Positions 28,152 to 37,749 of a stretch of DNA of 64,000 nucleotides are shown here, piece after piece. Both the position numbers and the translations under genes were made by a program. The DNA lies in sequence record NC_061442.1. One strand, 5' to 3'. The first letter of the stretch is position 1; each line of letters starts with the position of its first letter. The notes beneath the pieces are model-generated. The model saw only the letters and a program-made list of their open reading frames with translations, did not search any database and was not told the origin of the DNA.

Positions 28152-28589
28152 TTAACCCTCAGCATCAAGCTCAATCGCAATGGCTTTAAGTTTCGCAGCA
28201 AGCAACTTGAGTTCAGAAGACTTCGCCTGCATGTTAAAGCCACCGCGACCGGGTTTGATTTCAGAATCGTTTTTGGTGTTGTACCACTTACGCACCTCAA
28301 CAACGCGATTACCGGCATCATCGTTAGCGAGATCAACGGACAAGAAGCCGTGCGGACCGATTTGAATACGAAACAGCTCAGGCTCAGAAGTCTCTTTGCG
28401 AGTCTTCTTCTTTGGTTCTTCTACCTTAGCTTTCTTCTTCTCTTTCGGGCGCTTGAGTTCAGCGTCTTTCTCTGTCAAAGGCTTTGATTTCTTCTTAGCC
28501 TTTGTTTCAACGAGAGGCTTATCGTGCTTCAACGTCTTCTTGATCTTCTTCGCTTTCGCACCAACAATTTTGCCGTTAACCATAGCCAT
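28152..28589 (-). CDS. PC4/Sub1-like ssDNA-binding protein with Lys-rich N-terminal tail
   Basis: VVEVRKWYNTKNDSEIKPGRGGFNM matches the PC4 motif; residues about 10-65 are heavily Lys-rich. Confidence 0.75.
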   Translation of the reverse strand: MAMVNGKIVGAKAKKIKKTLKHDKPLVETKAKKKSKPLTEKDAELKRPKEKKKAKVEEPKKKTRKETSEPELFRIQIGPHGFLSVDLANDDAGNRVVEVRKWYNTKNDSEIKPGRGGFNMQAKSSELKLLAAKLKAIAIELDAEG

Positions 28590-28882
28590 TAGATTTGCGT
28601 CCTCTTAACTTTTTTGATTGCAGCGCTAGGCCGCTTTTGCGGAAGAACGACTAGCATCCCCGCTTTAAGTTCAGAGGGATGTATCAGTGCGTTCGCCACC
28701 AGTATGAAATTCCAGTAGACGTTCGAGCCGTAGTTATCTACTGATAATAGTTGTGGGTTGCCCTCAATCGAGGCATCAATACGCTTGGACGTTCCTGTCT
28801 GCGCTGCATCGACATCCTCGAATAGCTTCATGCTAAGAGGGTCAATTCCCCACTTGTCAATTACGCCGATTGTTTCAGCCAT
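28589..28882 (-). CDS. LysM/gp53/tail-X-like baseplate protein
   Basis: PQLLSVDNYGSNVYWNFILVANALIHPSELKAGMLVVLP. Confidence 0.8.
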   Translation of the reverse strand: MAETIGVIDKWGIDPLSMKLFEDVDAAQTGTSKRIDASIEGNPQLLSVDNYGSNVYWNFILVANALIHPSELKAGMLVVLPQKRPSAAIKKVKRTQI

Positions 28883-29673
28883 TTACGTAGGTCCTCACGG
28901 GTAACAGCGAAGTAACTACTCACCTGAAGGATGAAGTCAACGCTGATTGGATTCCCTGTACCATCTTCCCACACGTTGTCGAAGTTAGCACTAACGCTAT
29001 CAACTACGCATGGACTCATGGAGAAGAAATTACCGATATCAACGAAGAACGCCTCACTGTCCTCAAGTATACCCCCAATTGCAGCATTAGCAGCGTCCGC
29101 ACTACCTCCGCCAGCAGCAAGGGTCATAGACTCCATACTGACTGACTTCAATGGACTTGGTCCTGGGGGTAAGAGTAAGCCGCCCTGCTCCGAAGGCGCA
29201 CACAGCGAAAGCAGATTGATAGTTGTATCTACTACTTCGCTTTTCGTGTCAGAGTAGGCATCGACAAAGATAGGCAGGTCGATTGATAAGAAGCTCGGCC
29301 CTCCCCACACTCGCGCACTCGCCAGTTTGTGCATAGAACTCGCACCAGCGAACTTGAGAGCTTTGTCCATTGAACCCGCAGTGTTACCAATGAACCCGCC
29401 AACAGCACCCAGCTTACCACCAGCACCAGACAGAGCGTTACCGGCAGCGCCCGCAACATCAGCAAGTGAAGTGTTCATGAATGGCGCTTCCCAAGAAGAC
29501 GCCAAACTGAATGTGAAGTCAGGTGGAATGAAACCCGTAAACTTAATCGTACCACTCTTGTTATAGATTTTGACTCGGTACATGTTATCGACAGAGATAA
29601 TGTCGTCACGAGATCGAGTCGTACCTATAGCAGTGGCTTGCCCACCATCAGCAGGCATTAGATAGTTAGCCAC
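28861..29673 (-). CDS. Baseplate/tail-tube initiator-like protein
   Basis: 270 aa, GTG start with TAAGGAG RBS; lies between the tape-measure-like and LysM genes; CVVDSVSANF...PISVDFILQV beta pattern. Confidence 0.6.
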   Translation of the reverse strand: MANYLMPADGGQATAIGTTRSRDDIISVDNMYRVKIYNKSGTIKFTGFIPPDFTFSLASSWEAPFMNTSLADVAGAAGNALSGAGGKLGAVGGFIGNTAGSMDKALKFAGASSMHKLASARVWGGPSFLSIDLPIFVDAYSDTKSEVVDTTINLLSLCAPSEQGGLLLPPGPSPLKSVSMESMTLAAGGGSADAANAAIGGILEDSEAFFVDIGNFFSMSPCVVDSVSANFDNVWEDGTGNPISVDFILQVSSYFAVTREDLRKWLKQSA

Positions 29674-29685
29674 ACAGACTCCTTA

Positions 29686-32364
29686 TTACATGTATCCCAT
29701 AGTGATCATATTCAGCATCGGGTCATCCATGAAGATAGGAATCGCGTCAAGCGTATGACCAGCAGCAGGGCTACCGCTACTGTTACCTGAAGAGGACGGC
29801 TTAGATACAGCGCCAGCTTTCGGTTGATTGGCAACAGGTTGAGGTGCAGTAGAAGGCTGTGGAGTAGCAGGAGGTTCTGACCGAGCGATATCCCCAGGAG
29901 TAACCAAAGGTTGACGCTCTACAGCAGCTTCCGGCTGTACCGTAGGTTCGATGCGGTTAACATCAGGAGCAGCCAATGCAACACGTTCTTTGAGTTGCCG
30001 TTCATATTCTTCTGAACTTGAACGAGGTGCTTCTGGCCCTTTTGCTGTAAGGTCAGGAAGGTTCTTGAGATTCCTATCGACAGTAGTGTCTGCGGTATCT
30101 AAGGTACCTGAGCCTTTAGGCAGATCCGGGAATTTCTCCGCAATACGAGCATCCAGTGCAGCGTCCGCATCTGGAGTATTTACAGCTTTCTTCTTGCGCT
30201 CCGCCTCTGCTACCTTGAGCAATACGTCCTTCTCGTTCTGCGCTCGCGTCGCCACTGATTGCTGTGTCTGCGCTGAACTTGATTTGAAGTAACGATCAGT
30301 CGTCGCTGCCTTGTAGTCCTGAATGGTCTTAATCAGATCATCGTCGGACATGGCGTTAACGTCTTTGCCTTGCAGCGCATTGGAGATAACGCTTGTACCT
30401 GCACCGTACTGTACCGCCGTACTGTACATCAGTTCTTTAACACCAGCACCACGCTTCGTCAGGTCAACACCCACTTCGTTCTGCATCTTCGCAGCAAGTG
30501 GCGCATAATGAGTACGCGTGATATAGTCAGACTGTGCTTTATCGAACTCGGCGCTGTTACTGCTTGCTACGTCTTTGTAGACAGAGTTGAACTGTGCGGT
30601 ACCTGGAGCAAGACCACCGAAACGTTGCAAGAACGGTTTACCTTCAGGGCTGTTCAGGAAGTTCATCATGCTGCCGTTGTTTGTAGCAAGCTGGTGCTTC
30701 CCATAAGACACACCACCAGCATCCCCCTGTCCCGTAGAGACTGTACCGACACCACGACCTCCAGACTCAAACTGTTCTGATACTGAACCAAGACCACCCT
30801 CTGCAATTGCGCGTTGAGCGATATCAGTTACTTGTTTGCTGTCCATACGACGCGCGGGTTGTGCTCGCATAGGACCTGCATATGTACCTGCACCGGAGCC
30901 AGGCGTCCCGCCCATACCACCAAAGCCAAAAGGCATGATGACAGGCTGAGGGAATTTCGCTTTGTTCTGATTCTCTGCGGTAGTGTCGTTGTATTCGTCC
31001 ATCTTCTCTTTGCGGTCTTTCTCACCGTCAGCAAGCATCTTGTCCGATTCATCAGTAATCTTTTCAGCGACGTATTCGCCTACAGAGCTACCGAAGTAGT
31101 CACCCAGTATGTTACCGAGCAGACCACCCAACGCAGCACCAGCAGCAGTACCAACTACAGGTACGACTGAACCCAGTGTCCCACCTATCCATGCGCCAGC
31201 AATAGCACCAGTCGTACCACCAGCCGCGCCCCCTACAGCAGCGCCACCAGCTTTCTTCTTCTCTTTAGCCTTCTCAGCATCAGTCAGAGTTTCATCTGCG
31301 TCTATATGCTGCGCTTCATTCGCATAAGACAGACCGTTACCCAGCGCAGGTCCGATGATAGGGATCTTCTTCGAGGCCCCAGCAAGCAGCATACTCGTGC
31401 CAGCGACTGCTAGGTCTTGCGTTTCCGAAGGAGGCTTAGGCAAGTCACCTTTAGCAGCATCTTCTGCACGTTTTACCTCAGGGGCGCTAGGCATTGGAGT
31501 AGGCTTAGCATCGGAATCAGGTGCAGAGTCAGTCTTCTGATAGTCCGGCGTACCAGCACCGCCATTCTCTGCGTTCTGTTCTTCAAACTCCTCCTGCGAC
31601 CTGTGCTTCAACCACAGACCACCACCTACAGCAGCGCCTAACGCAAGAGCGAGACCCAGCTTACCTTTGATCTTACCAAAGCGACTACGACGAGGCAGTC
31701 TACGACCGGGTCCTCTACGTTCGCCCCGATTGCGACCATAGCGTTTACCTCGACGACGAGAACGACGTTCATCCGGACCGAAGTCTCCACCTCCATCATT
31801 GTTGTCGGGACCGGGGTCATCATTAGCAGAATCAGGACCGCCTGATCCGCCCGCACCAGGCTGATTACCATGTGGGTCTGACTTAGCGCGGTTCTTCTCT
31901 TTGAATGCCTCGCGCTTCTCCCACTCCAACCAATCTTCGAGAGCTTTCTGCGTCTTGGTCGAAACAGCATTGCCGTCACGAATAGCCTTAACGATATCTT
32001 CGCCAGACTTCTCCCCAGCAATGAACAGGTCCTCAAGAGCAGCTTCGACTTCACGAGGATTGGGCTGGGATGCTACTGCCCGCGGTGCTGACGGAGCTTC
32101 ATCACTCGCTGTTGGTGCATAGCGCACACGAGTGTTGGCCATCTTCTCACGAGCAGCTTTGGCCGCCCTGTTCTTAGCGCGTGATCCGGGACCGACGTAG
32201 ACAACTTCTTCATCATACATCTCCGGATCATAATCTTCAACGTCATTTGCAGCACGACGTTTACGCTTTGCTTTAGGCATGCCAGCTACTGAGGAACTTA
32301 CATTGTCCGCATGTTCGATCATTAGTTCGAGTGCGGTCAGTTCTTTCTCTTGGGGCTTAGCCAT
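29686..32364 (-). CDS. Tape-measure/ejection-like protein with glycine-zipper segments and a VgrG3-type muramidase domain
   Basis: 892 aa; Arg-rich tract, hydrophobic helix, Gly/Ala zipper; SEQFESGGRGVGTVSTGQGDAGGVSYGKHQL lysozyme-like motif. Confidence 0.75.
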   Translation of the reverse strand: MAKPQEKELTALELMIEHADNVSSSVAGMPKAKRKRRAANDVEDYDPEMYDEEVVYVGPGSRAKNRAAKAAREKMANTRVRYAPTASDEAPSAPRAVASQPNPREVEAALEDLFIAGEKSGEDIVKAIRDGNAVSTKTQKALEDWLEWEKREAFKEKNRAKSDPHGNQPGAGGSGGPDSANDDPGPDNNDGGGDFGPDERRSRRRGKRYGRNRGERRGPGRRLPRRSRFGKIKGKLGLALALGAAVGGGLWLKHRSQEEFEEQNAENGGAGTPDYQKTDSAPDSDAKPTPMPSAPEVKRAEDAAKGDLPKPPSETQDLAVAGTSMLLAGASKKIPIIGPALGNGLSYANEAQHIDADETLTDAEKAKEKKKAGGAAVGGAAGGTTGAIAGAWIGGTLGSVVPVVGTAAGAALGGLLGNILGDYFGSSVGEYVAEKITDESDKMLADGEKDRKEKMDEYNDTTAENQNKAKFPQPVIMPFGFGGMGGTPGSGAGTYAGPMRAQPARRMDSKQVTDIAQRAIAEGGLGSVSEQFESGGRGVGTVSTGQGDAGGVSYGKHQLATNNGSMMNFLNSPEGKPFLQRFGGLAPGTAQFNSVYKDVASSNSAEFDKAQSDYITRTHYAPLAAKMQNEVGVDLTKRGAGVKELMYSTAVQYGAGTSVISNALQGKDVNAMSDDDLIKTIQDYKAATTDRYFKSSSAQTQQSVATRAQNEKDVLLKVAEAERKKKAVNTPDADAALDARIAEKFPDLPKGSGTLDTADTTVDRNLKNLPDLTAKGPEAPRSSSEEYERQLKERVALAAPDVNRIEPTVQPEAAVERQPLVTPGDIARSEPPATPQPSTAPQPVANQPKAGAVSKPSSSGNSSGSPAAGHTLDAIPIFMDDPMLNMITMGYM

Positions 32365-33209
32365 TATCCACCTCTACGACCTCGCTGCGCCGCAAGTGCA
32401 AGCGCTCGCTGTTCTTCGGCTTTGTTCTTATCGTGAACGTAAGCACTATGCCAGTACAGCAATTTGTTGATCGTTATATTGTCTGGTACGTAGATGTTCT
32501 TGGCACTAGCAAGGTCCAGTGTCATGTTCATCATTGACGTATCAGAGAACACACGGAAGTAGCCTAAGATATCAATTGGACTTTTATACTTATACGTACG
32601 GAAGCATTTGTTGCACTTGTGCGTTGTCTCCAACTCACAGCTAACGTATACATGGTTGCCTGCGTCCATCAATTCTATGGGGTCGGCATAGTCGAGCGTT
32701 TGCTCCAGAGGCAAGTCGCTATCCATGTACATTGCGTTCATAACCTGAGTACGGTCACGTTCTTCCGCGAGTGTTTCAGCATCAATCCAGCGCTGAACGG
32801 TAGGATGGCGCAAGCCTTGTGGAAGGTCGCGCCATTTGTTGGACACTACGTTCTGTCGCATGACTTCTTCGGTATTGAGCAGGTTGCATTCTACTTCTAC
32901 GAATTTGCAACCACGTGGCCTGTCATAGTACCGCTCTCCTCGCATATCAACGAAGAACGTTTGGGTGCATCGCCATTCGTATAGACGGTGCGACTTCGGC
33001 CAACTATTAGCGTCGAACATTGCCAGCATGTATCTAAAGTCTTCGAGGTACATATCTCGGACTTTAACATTGGTGAATCGCTGCAACGTATCAACAAAGA
33101 GATCAGGCAGTCTATACTTCTGGGCGTTGAACAGGCTGGACATGGCGTCAGCAGTAATCTGTTCGATACGCACATCGGACCTGCCTGAGGGCAGATAGAT
33201 CTCTAACAT
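32364..33209 (-). CDS. T4 gp26/gp51-like baseplate hub assembly chaperone
   Basis: Probable start at the TAATG overlap (33209); IYLPSG...EWRC and C-terminal CNKC; paralogous to 33209-33892. Confidence 0.6.
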   Translation of the reverse strand: MLEIYLPSGRSDVRIEQITADAMSSLFNAQKYRLPDLFVDTLQRFTNVKVRDMYLEDFRYMLAMFDANSWPKSHRLYEWRCTQTFFVDMRGERYYDRPRGCKFVEVECNLLNTEEVMRQNVVSNKWRDLPQGLRHPTVQRWIDAETLAEERDRTQVMNAMYMDSDLPLEQTLDYADPIELMDAGNHVYVSCELETTHKCNKCFRTYKYKSPIDILGYFRVFSDTSMMNMTLDLASAKNIYVPDNITINKLLYWHSAYVHDKNKAEEQRALALAAQRGRRGG

Positions 33210-33892
33210 TAGCGCACGAACATCGCTGGGTTCATGTCCCACGCACGAACGCTTTTGCGTTTACATGCAGGGCAAGTTAGTTCGATATCCGTAAGCACAC
33301 CGTGGCGTGATGCAGTTACCCACTCAGACAGTTGAAGCCAGAGTGTCAGGTCTTCCTGTTCTTCCAGCAGAGCCACGTTGCGGTCAAACTCGCGTCCCAT
33401 GTGAGCTACATGCCAGCTAAACATATCCTCAGACGCACGTTCGAAGTGACGCATACGAGGCAGGTCGAAGCGCTCATGTTCAGCAGCCAGCACAGCAACT
33501 GTCATTGACGTTTCATCAACAATACCTATGTTGTTTGCAGCACATGGAAACGTGTTGATAGCTCCGCCCTCAGGACGCAGTTCATTCACGACACCGTCGG
33601 AATATTCAAACAGCGGTTTATTGCATCTCCAGTGAGTCATCAGAGGCATAACAGAGTTCATCCACATACGCTGCTGGAATACGAGCGCATACGCATCAGG
33701 CACTGTCAGTTCTTCGAGAGGAATAGACAGGCATGGAGCTAAAGCGTCGAGCAGGATGTACTTCATGTCCTTCGCATCAATCGCCTTTGCAATCGCACGG
33801 TTCTCTTTACCACCAAAGCGGCGCATCGTAAACAACTCAGGAAGCTGCGCTTTATAGCCATGCGAAGGTAAACTCGCTGTTTGAATTTCCAT
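33209..33892 (-). CDS. T4 gp26-like baseplate hub assembly chaperone
   Basis: ASLPSHG...MRRFGGKENRAI...HWRC and C-terminal CPAC. Confidence 0.65.
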   Translation of the reverse strand: MEIQTASLPSHGYKAQLPELFTMRRFGGKENRAIAKAIDAKDMKYILLDALAPCLSIPLEELTVPDAYALVFQQRMWMNSVMPLMTHWRCNKPLFEYSDGVVNELRPEGGAINTFPCAANNIGIVDETSMTVAVLAAEHERFDLPRMRHFERASEDMFSWHVAHMGREFDRNVALLEEQEDLTLWLQLSEWVTASRHGVLTDIELTCPACKRKSVRAWDMNPAMFVR

Positions 33893-33903
33893 TTGTTCTT
33901 ATC

Positions 33904-34416
33904 TCACATCAAAGGACGGGAAACATCAAGAGCCATTTGCACAGACCACATACCACGACCACCGGTGCCGTTAAGCGTAATGCTTTGGCCGCCGATAGGC
34001 CAGCAGTTGCGGAGCTGTTGTTCGCCAACCATTTGCCCTTGGTTGTCGTATAGCTCAATGATAATGTTTTTCTTATACACGGAAGGCAATCTAAATCCAC
34101 CAGTGTATGGGTTCTGAATCAAACTCTGCCACGCATTCATATACTTCATGACTGCGAGTTTCTGATCGAGTCCGAATAGCAGACTGAATCCGTCCACACT
34201 CGAACCATGTGGCCAGTTGATTTGCACCGTGGCCACTTCTTTAGATTTCGATTGATAGACAGAGAACGGCAGGTCGACTTCTTCACACGCGAACGGGCTT
34301 AACGATATATTACCAATAACAGGAAATTCTCGCACACGCCACTTGTCCTGCATGAAAGGATCGTCAAGGCCAGGAGCAGAGGAGTCATTCAGATCGTCAA
34401 GTGTCGGCAGCGGCAT
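33904..34416 (-). CDS. Tail tube paralogue (gp19/gp54-like)
   Basis: Similar to the tube gene: MPLPTLDDL..., CEEVDLP, AWQSLI, IELYDNQG...LRNCWP. Confidence 0.75.
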   Translation of the reverse strand: MPLPTLDDLNDSSAPGLDDPFMQDKWRVREFPVIGNISLSPFACEEVDLPFSVYQSKSKEVATVQINWPHGSSVDGFSLLFGLDQKLAVMKYMNAWQSLIQNPYTGGFRLPSVYKKNIIIELYDNQGQMVGEQQLRNCWPIGGQSITLNGTGGRGMWSVQMALDVSRPLM

Positions 34417-34418
34417 GA

Positions 34419-35090
34419 TTAATCCTCTACTATGACAAGCACAGGTCGAACATCATTATCGAGCTTGAGGAACGTCGCACCAACCAGATAGCCGCCTTTC
34501 TCAATCTGCTTCACTACAGCCTTCTCGTAGTCCGTCTCCCATTGCTCACGCTGCGAGGACTTGTAGCCTTCGAACGTTTCAGAAGCATCGTAGTAGTTAT
34601 ACGTGCCGCCAGTAGGCATAGGGATACGTGCAAGGAACTGAATACGGCCAGCGTTCTTAAACTTGGCTTTATGCAGTTCTTGAGTCAGCTTCGTGTTCTC
34701 AGCTTTAGAGCCAGGAACAGCCTTGAAAGGTTTCTTCGGTTGTGGTTCTTTAGGCGCAGCAGGGAGTTTCTCACGCGCAGGAGTATTCTTGTCTGTAGCC
34801 TTCTTAACACGAATGCCACTGACCGTTCCTGTGAATGGACGACTGCGACTTAACAGCGAACGCGCAACAGGCGCATCAACGGTGAAGACTACAGACGGGT
34901 CATCCTTGTGCAGCACATAGAACTTGTTACGCTTCGCAGCAACGATACCGTACACATCTTTTTCTTCGATATCGGCTTCGTGCTCTTTGTTCTCGATACT
35001 GACCTTGCGCTTACCTTCGAAGCGATACCAGTCGCAGTCTTGAATAGACACGTCAGGCTTACGTGCGCTTTCGCTCAGTAAAATAAGCAT
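34419..35090 (-). CDS. Hypothetical virion/head protein with the shared N-terminal beta-domain
   Basis: 223 aa; MLILLSES start; WYRFEGKR...KDVYGI...FYVLHKDDPSVVFTV...SRSRPFT. Confidence 0.75.
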   Translation of the reverse strand: MLILLSESARKPDVSIQDCDWYRFEGKRKVSIENKEHEADIEEKDVYGIVAAKRNKFYVLHKDDPSVVFTVDAPVARSLLSRSRPFTGTVSGIRVKKATDKNTPAREKLPAAPKEPQPKKPFKAVPGSKAENTKLTQELHKAKFKNAGRIQFLARIPMPTGGTYNYYDASETFEGYKSSQREQWETDYEKAVVKQIEKGGYLVGATFLKLDNDVRPVLVIVED

Positions 35091-35105
35091 AGAGTCTCCA
35101 AAACG

Positions 35106-35132
35106 AAAAAGGGCCAGAACGAATCTTGGCCC
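35106..35132 (-). terminator. Intrinsic terminator after the tail tube gene
   Basis: Minus strand GGGCCA...TTCG...TGGCCC followed by TTTTT. Confidence 0.8.
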
Positions 35133-35141
35133 TTATGTTTC

Positions 35142-35651
35142 TTACACGCGCTCTGCGTAGTCGAAGGACCATTCGATTGAAACCGGAACAGCCTGCGCAG
35201 CACCAGAGAAGTTCAAGTCTGGTACCTGTTTCGGCCACACGCCGTAGATGTTGTACTCAGCAACAACTGAACCGTCCATGTCGAATACACGGAACAGAGC
35301 TTTCGTTGCGTAGTCAGCTTTACGTGCGCCCAACTGGGTTTGCGTAGCACGAACGAACTCATGCCAGTCTTCCAGTTGCTTGTACACGGCCATCTCAGAG
35401 TTTTCGTTGTACTCAGTAGAGAGCGCATGAGAGAAGATCTTACGACCTGCGTAGTTGAGCTGGTGGCCGAACGCTTCTTTCAATACTTCTTCCAGAGTAG
35501 AACCTGGCTTGATACCGGTCTTACAGAACAAGCGCAGAGTACGCGCATAGTCCGACCCACCTACAGGAGGGTTAGGAATCAGGAACTCGAAGTTGTCATC
35601 GAGTAACGGATCTTTCGTAGACGAAAATTCGTCAAGAGTTACCTTTGGCAT
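35142..35651 (-). CDS. Tail tube protein (T4 gp19-like)
   Basis: Immediately downstream of the sheath; LRLFCKTGIKPG, YAGRKIF, LEDWHE and YNIYGVWPKQV motifs. Confidence 0.9.
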   Translation of the reverse strand: MPKVTLDEFSSTKDPLLDDNFEFLIPNPPVGGSDYARTLRLFCKTGIKPGSTLEEVLKEAFGHQLNYAGRKIFSHALSTEYNENSEMAVYKQLEDWHEFVRATQTQLGARKADYATKALFRVFDMDGSVVAEYNIYGVWPKQVPDLNFSGAAQAVPVSIEWSFDYAERV

Positions 35652-35662
35652 CTAAAAGCTCC

Positions 35663-37348
35663 TTAGAGTGCACCAGAGTTGATCAGTTGCAGCGCGTACT
35701 GGATATCGCCTACAGGAGGCACGATAGCAGTTACGTGGATGCGTTTGGTGTAACGAGTCGGGTCAAGGAACACGTCGATGATCAGATCGCCACGCGCTTC
35801 GTCTTCTGCGGTGTTGTTTTTGTAGTCACACTCGACTGCATACCAACGCAGACCACGGCCGAGTTTAATCGGTTCGAGGATTGCTTCCATCGCAGACTTC
35901 TGGCGCTGTTTCAGAATGTCGTCGTTCGGTTCGAACACGGCAGTCAGGTTGTTAGCACGGGCAGAAGCATGAAGCATTGCCAGCAGACGACGTACACCTA
36001 TATCCTGAAGAGGAGACTTCGTAGTGTAGGTGGTATCAGCACCCCACATGAAGATACCTTCGCCTTCGAAGATAGCAATCGGGTTAATCTGGTTATCAAC
36101 CAGAATGTCGCGGTCGTTCTGCTTGAAGCGATAACGAACATCAGTTGCGAAGTCCAGCTTACCGCGCTGCATACCACCAGGAGCAAGCCAAGAAGCAACT
36201 TGGTCAGCAGTCAACATGCAGTACGCCATACATACCGACGCAGGAACATAGAAGTCACGAGCGTTGGTATTGTCACGCGCTTTAACGTCAGAGTTCGATA
36301 GCGCAGACCAAGAACCGATGATGGAGAACTCGGCTTCTTTATACGGCTTGTTACCACGACGATACGCAACAGAGGCATCACGTGCCTGCATAGTTACAGG
36401 AACACCGTGTGTTGCGATACAGTCCATGCGGCTTTCGGCCAGTTCATCGATCTTATTCGCAATAACAGGATGCTCAAGTCCACCAGCACACAGGATGCCA
36501 GCCTGAATGTCTTCCCAGTCGCGGTAGTTATCCCACGCGGTCAGCACAGCAGACAGACTGCGGTTAGAGATGATCGGGTCTGAATGATCGATATCAATCA
36601 GGTCGCCATCGCTGCCGCCAGTAAACTGACCGTTAGGTGCAGTTGGATTGGTTGGGTCAGCAGGACCACCGCCGATGGAGTTGATGACCACGAAGTTCGG
36701 GTCTTCCAGCAGCTTGTAGTGGTTCTCATTCAGCTTAACGCGAATGTACTTCGAGTTAACGTTGATAACGTCTTCAAGGAAGAACTGATTGCCTGCTTCG
36801 TCTTTGTAATAACGAGTGGTCACCACGTGAGTTTCAAGCGGTGTCAGGTAGCCAACCATGTACACTTTGATGATGGACTTAATGCCCAGCGCATCGGTCA
36901 CGTCAGGTTCGAACGTGATGTACATGTTGTTCGCGTCAGCGTACTGAGACATGGAATAAATCAGGCAGATATCGCGATCAGAGAAAGCAATCTGCTCTGG
37001 GTCAACCAGTCCAGCATCGCCCAGAGGACGGCAGGTAGCGAAGTTGTTGTACGTTGTGAGATACACACCTGCGTACTTCACAGAGAGAGCGACACGAGTA
37101 ATGTTCAGTCTGGTCGCTTTCGTCATCAGAATTTTTGCACTCTGAACGTTGTTAGCGTATTTACCAGTGGCTGGACCGAAGATAGCGTCGATCTCGTCTT
37201 TAGAGGTAACAGTTGTGTTCACACCCACAGGACCTCGCGGGAACGGCAGAACCAGAGTACACATGCCGTACTGGACAAGTGACGCCTGATTCGAGCGATC
37301 GTTCTCCTGCGAGTATACCCCCGGAGAGGGGTGATTAGGTTGTAGCAT
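35663..37348 (-). CDS. Tail sheath protein (contractile tail)
   Basis: N-terminal SPGVYSQENDRS; YVPAS, WLAPGG.RG, INPI, IGVRRL, VFEPND and C-terminal LIIDVFLDPTR motifs. Confidence 0.95.
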   Translation of the reverse strand: MLQPNHPSPGVYSQENDRSNQASLVQYGMCTLVLPFPRGPVGVNTTVTSKDEIDAIFGPATGKYANNVQSAKILMTKATRLNITRVALSVKYAGVYLTTYNNFATCRPLGDAGLVDPEQIAFSDRDICLIYSMSQYADANNMYITFEPDVTDALGIKSIIKVYMVGYLTPLETHVVTTRYYKDEAGNQFFLEDVINVNSKYIRVKLNENHYKLLEDPNFVVINSIGGGPADPTNPTAPNGQFTGGSDGDLIDIDHSDPIISNRSLSAVLTAWDNYRDWEDIQAGILCAGGLEHPVIANKIDELAESRMDCIATHGVPVTMQARDASVAYRRGNKPYKEAEFSIIGSWSALSNSDVKARDNTNARDFYVPASVCMAYCMLTADQVASWLAPGGMQRGKLDFATDVRYRFKQNDRDILVDNQINPIAIFEGEGIFMWGADTTYTTKSPLQDIGVRRLLAMLHASARANNLTAVFEPNDDILKQRQKSAMEAILEPIKLGRGLRWYAVECDYKNNTAEDEARGDLIIDVFLDPTRYTKRIHVTAIVPPVGDIQYALQLINSGAL

Positions 37349-37390
37349 CGTGAATCTCCATGAGAATGGGCATCGTGAAACGACTGTATG

Positions 37391-37398
37391 AAATTAGC
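37391..37398 (-). promoter_or_regulatory. Putative late promoter motif GCTAATTT
   Basis: Exact motif in the intergenic gap upstream of the sheath gene. Confidence 0.6.
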
Positions 37399-37404
37399 GT
37401 GTTA

Positions 37405-37749
37405 TCAGTAGCAAATCACATTAACGCGCTGGTCTACGTCACTTACCAATACCGATTGATCCATTTTGCCTGTGAGCGTAAACTGACCTTCGATAGTCAT
37501 CTGCCCACCAGCATACTGGAGGATGATAGGCTCTGCGGTATCAATATACAGCAGCCCTTTGATCTCAGGCAGTTGATAGCCTTTTGGTCCAACGATAACT
37601 GATTGCTGCACGAACAGGCCGTCTTCAGGAATACCAACAGCGGTCTTCTGTGTTTTCATGATAGCATTCTGTTGGCCGGATACTGATCGCACACGGCTAT
37701 CGACGACTAGTGTACGGTCGAGCTTACGATATTTCTCGCGGGTATACAT
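37405..37749 (-). CDS. Hypothetical virion protein (114 aa)
   Basis: TAATG coupling to the upstream gene; lies in the neck/tail region. Confidence 0.7.
   Translation of the reverse strand: MYTREKYRKLDRTLVVDSRVRSVSGQQNAIMKTQKTAVGIPEDGLFVQQSVIVGPKGYQLPEIKGLLYIDTAEPIILQYAGGQMTIEGQFTLTGKMDQSVLVSDVDQRVNVICY

Noticed and set aside
33209-33270. Programmed -1 frameshift between the two tail chaperone-like genes (lambda G/GT-type)
   Set aside because: No canonical X XXY YYZ slippery heptamer in the short open -1 window; the TAATG overlap gives a simple coupled start.
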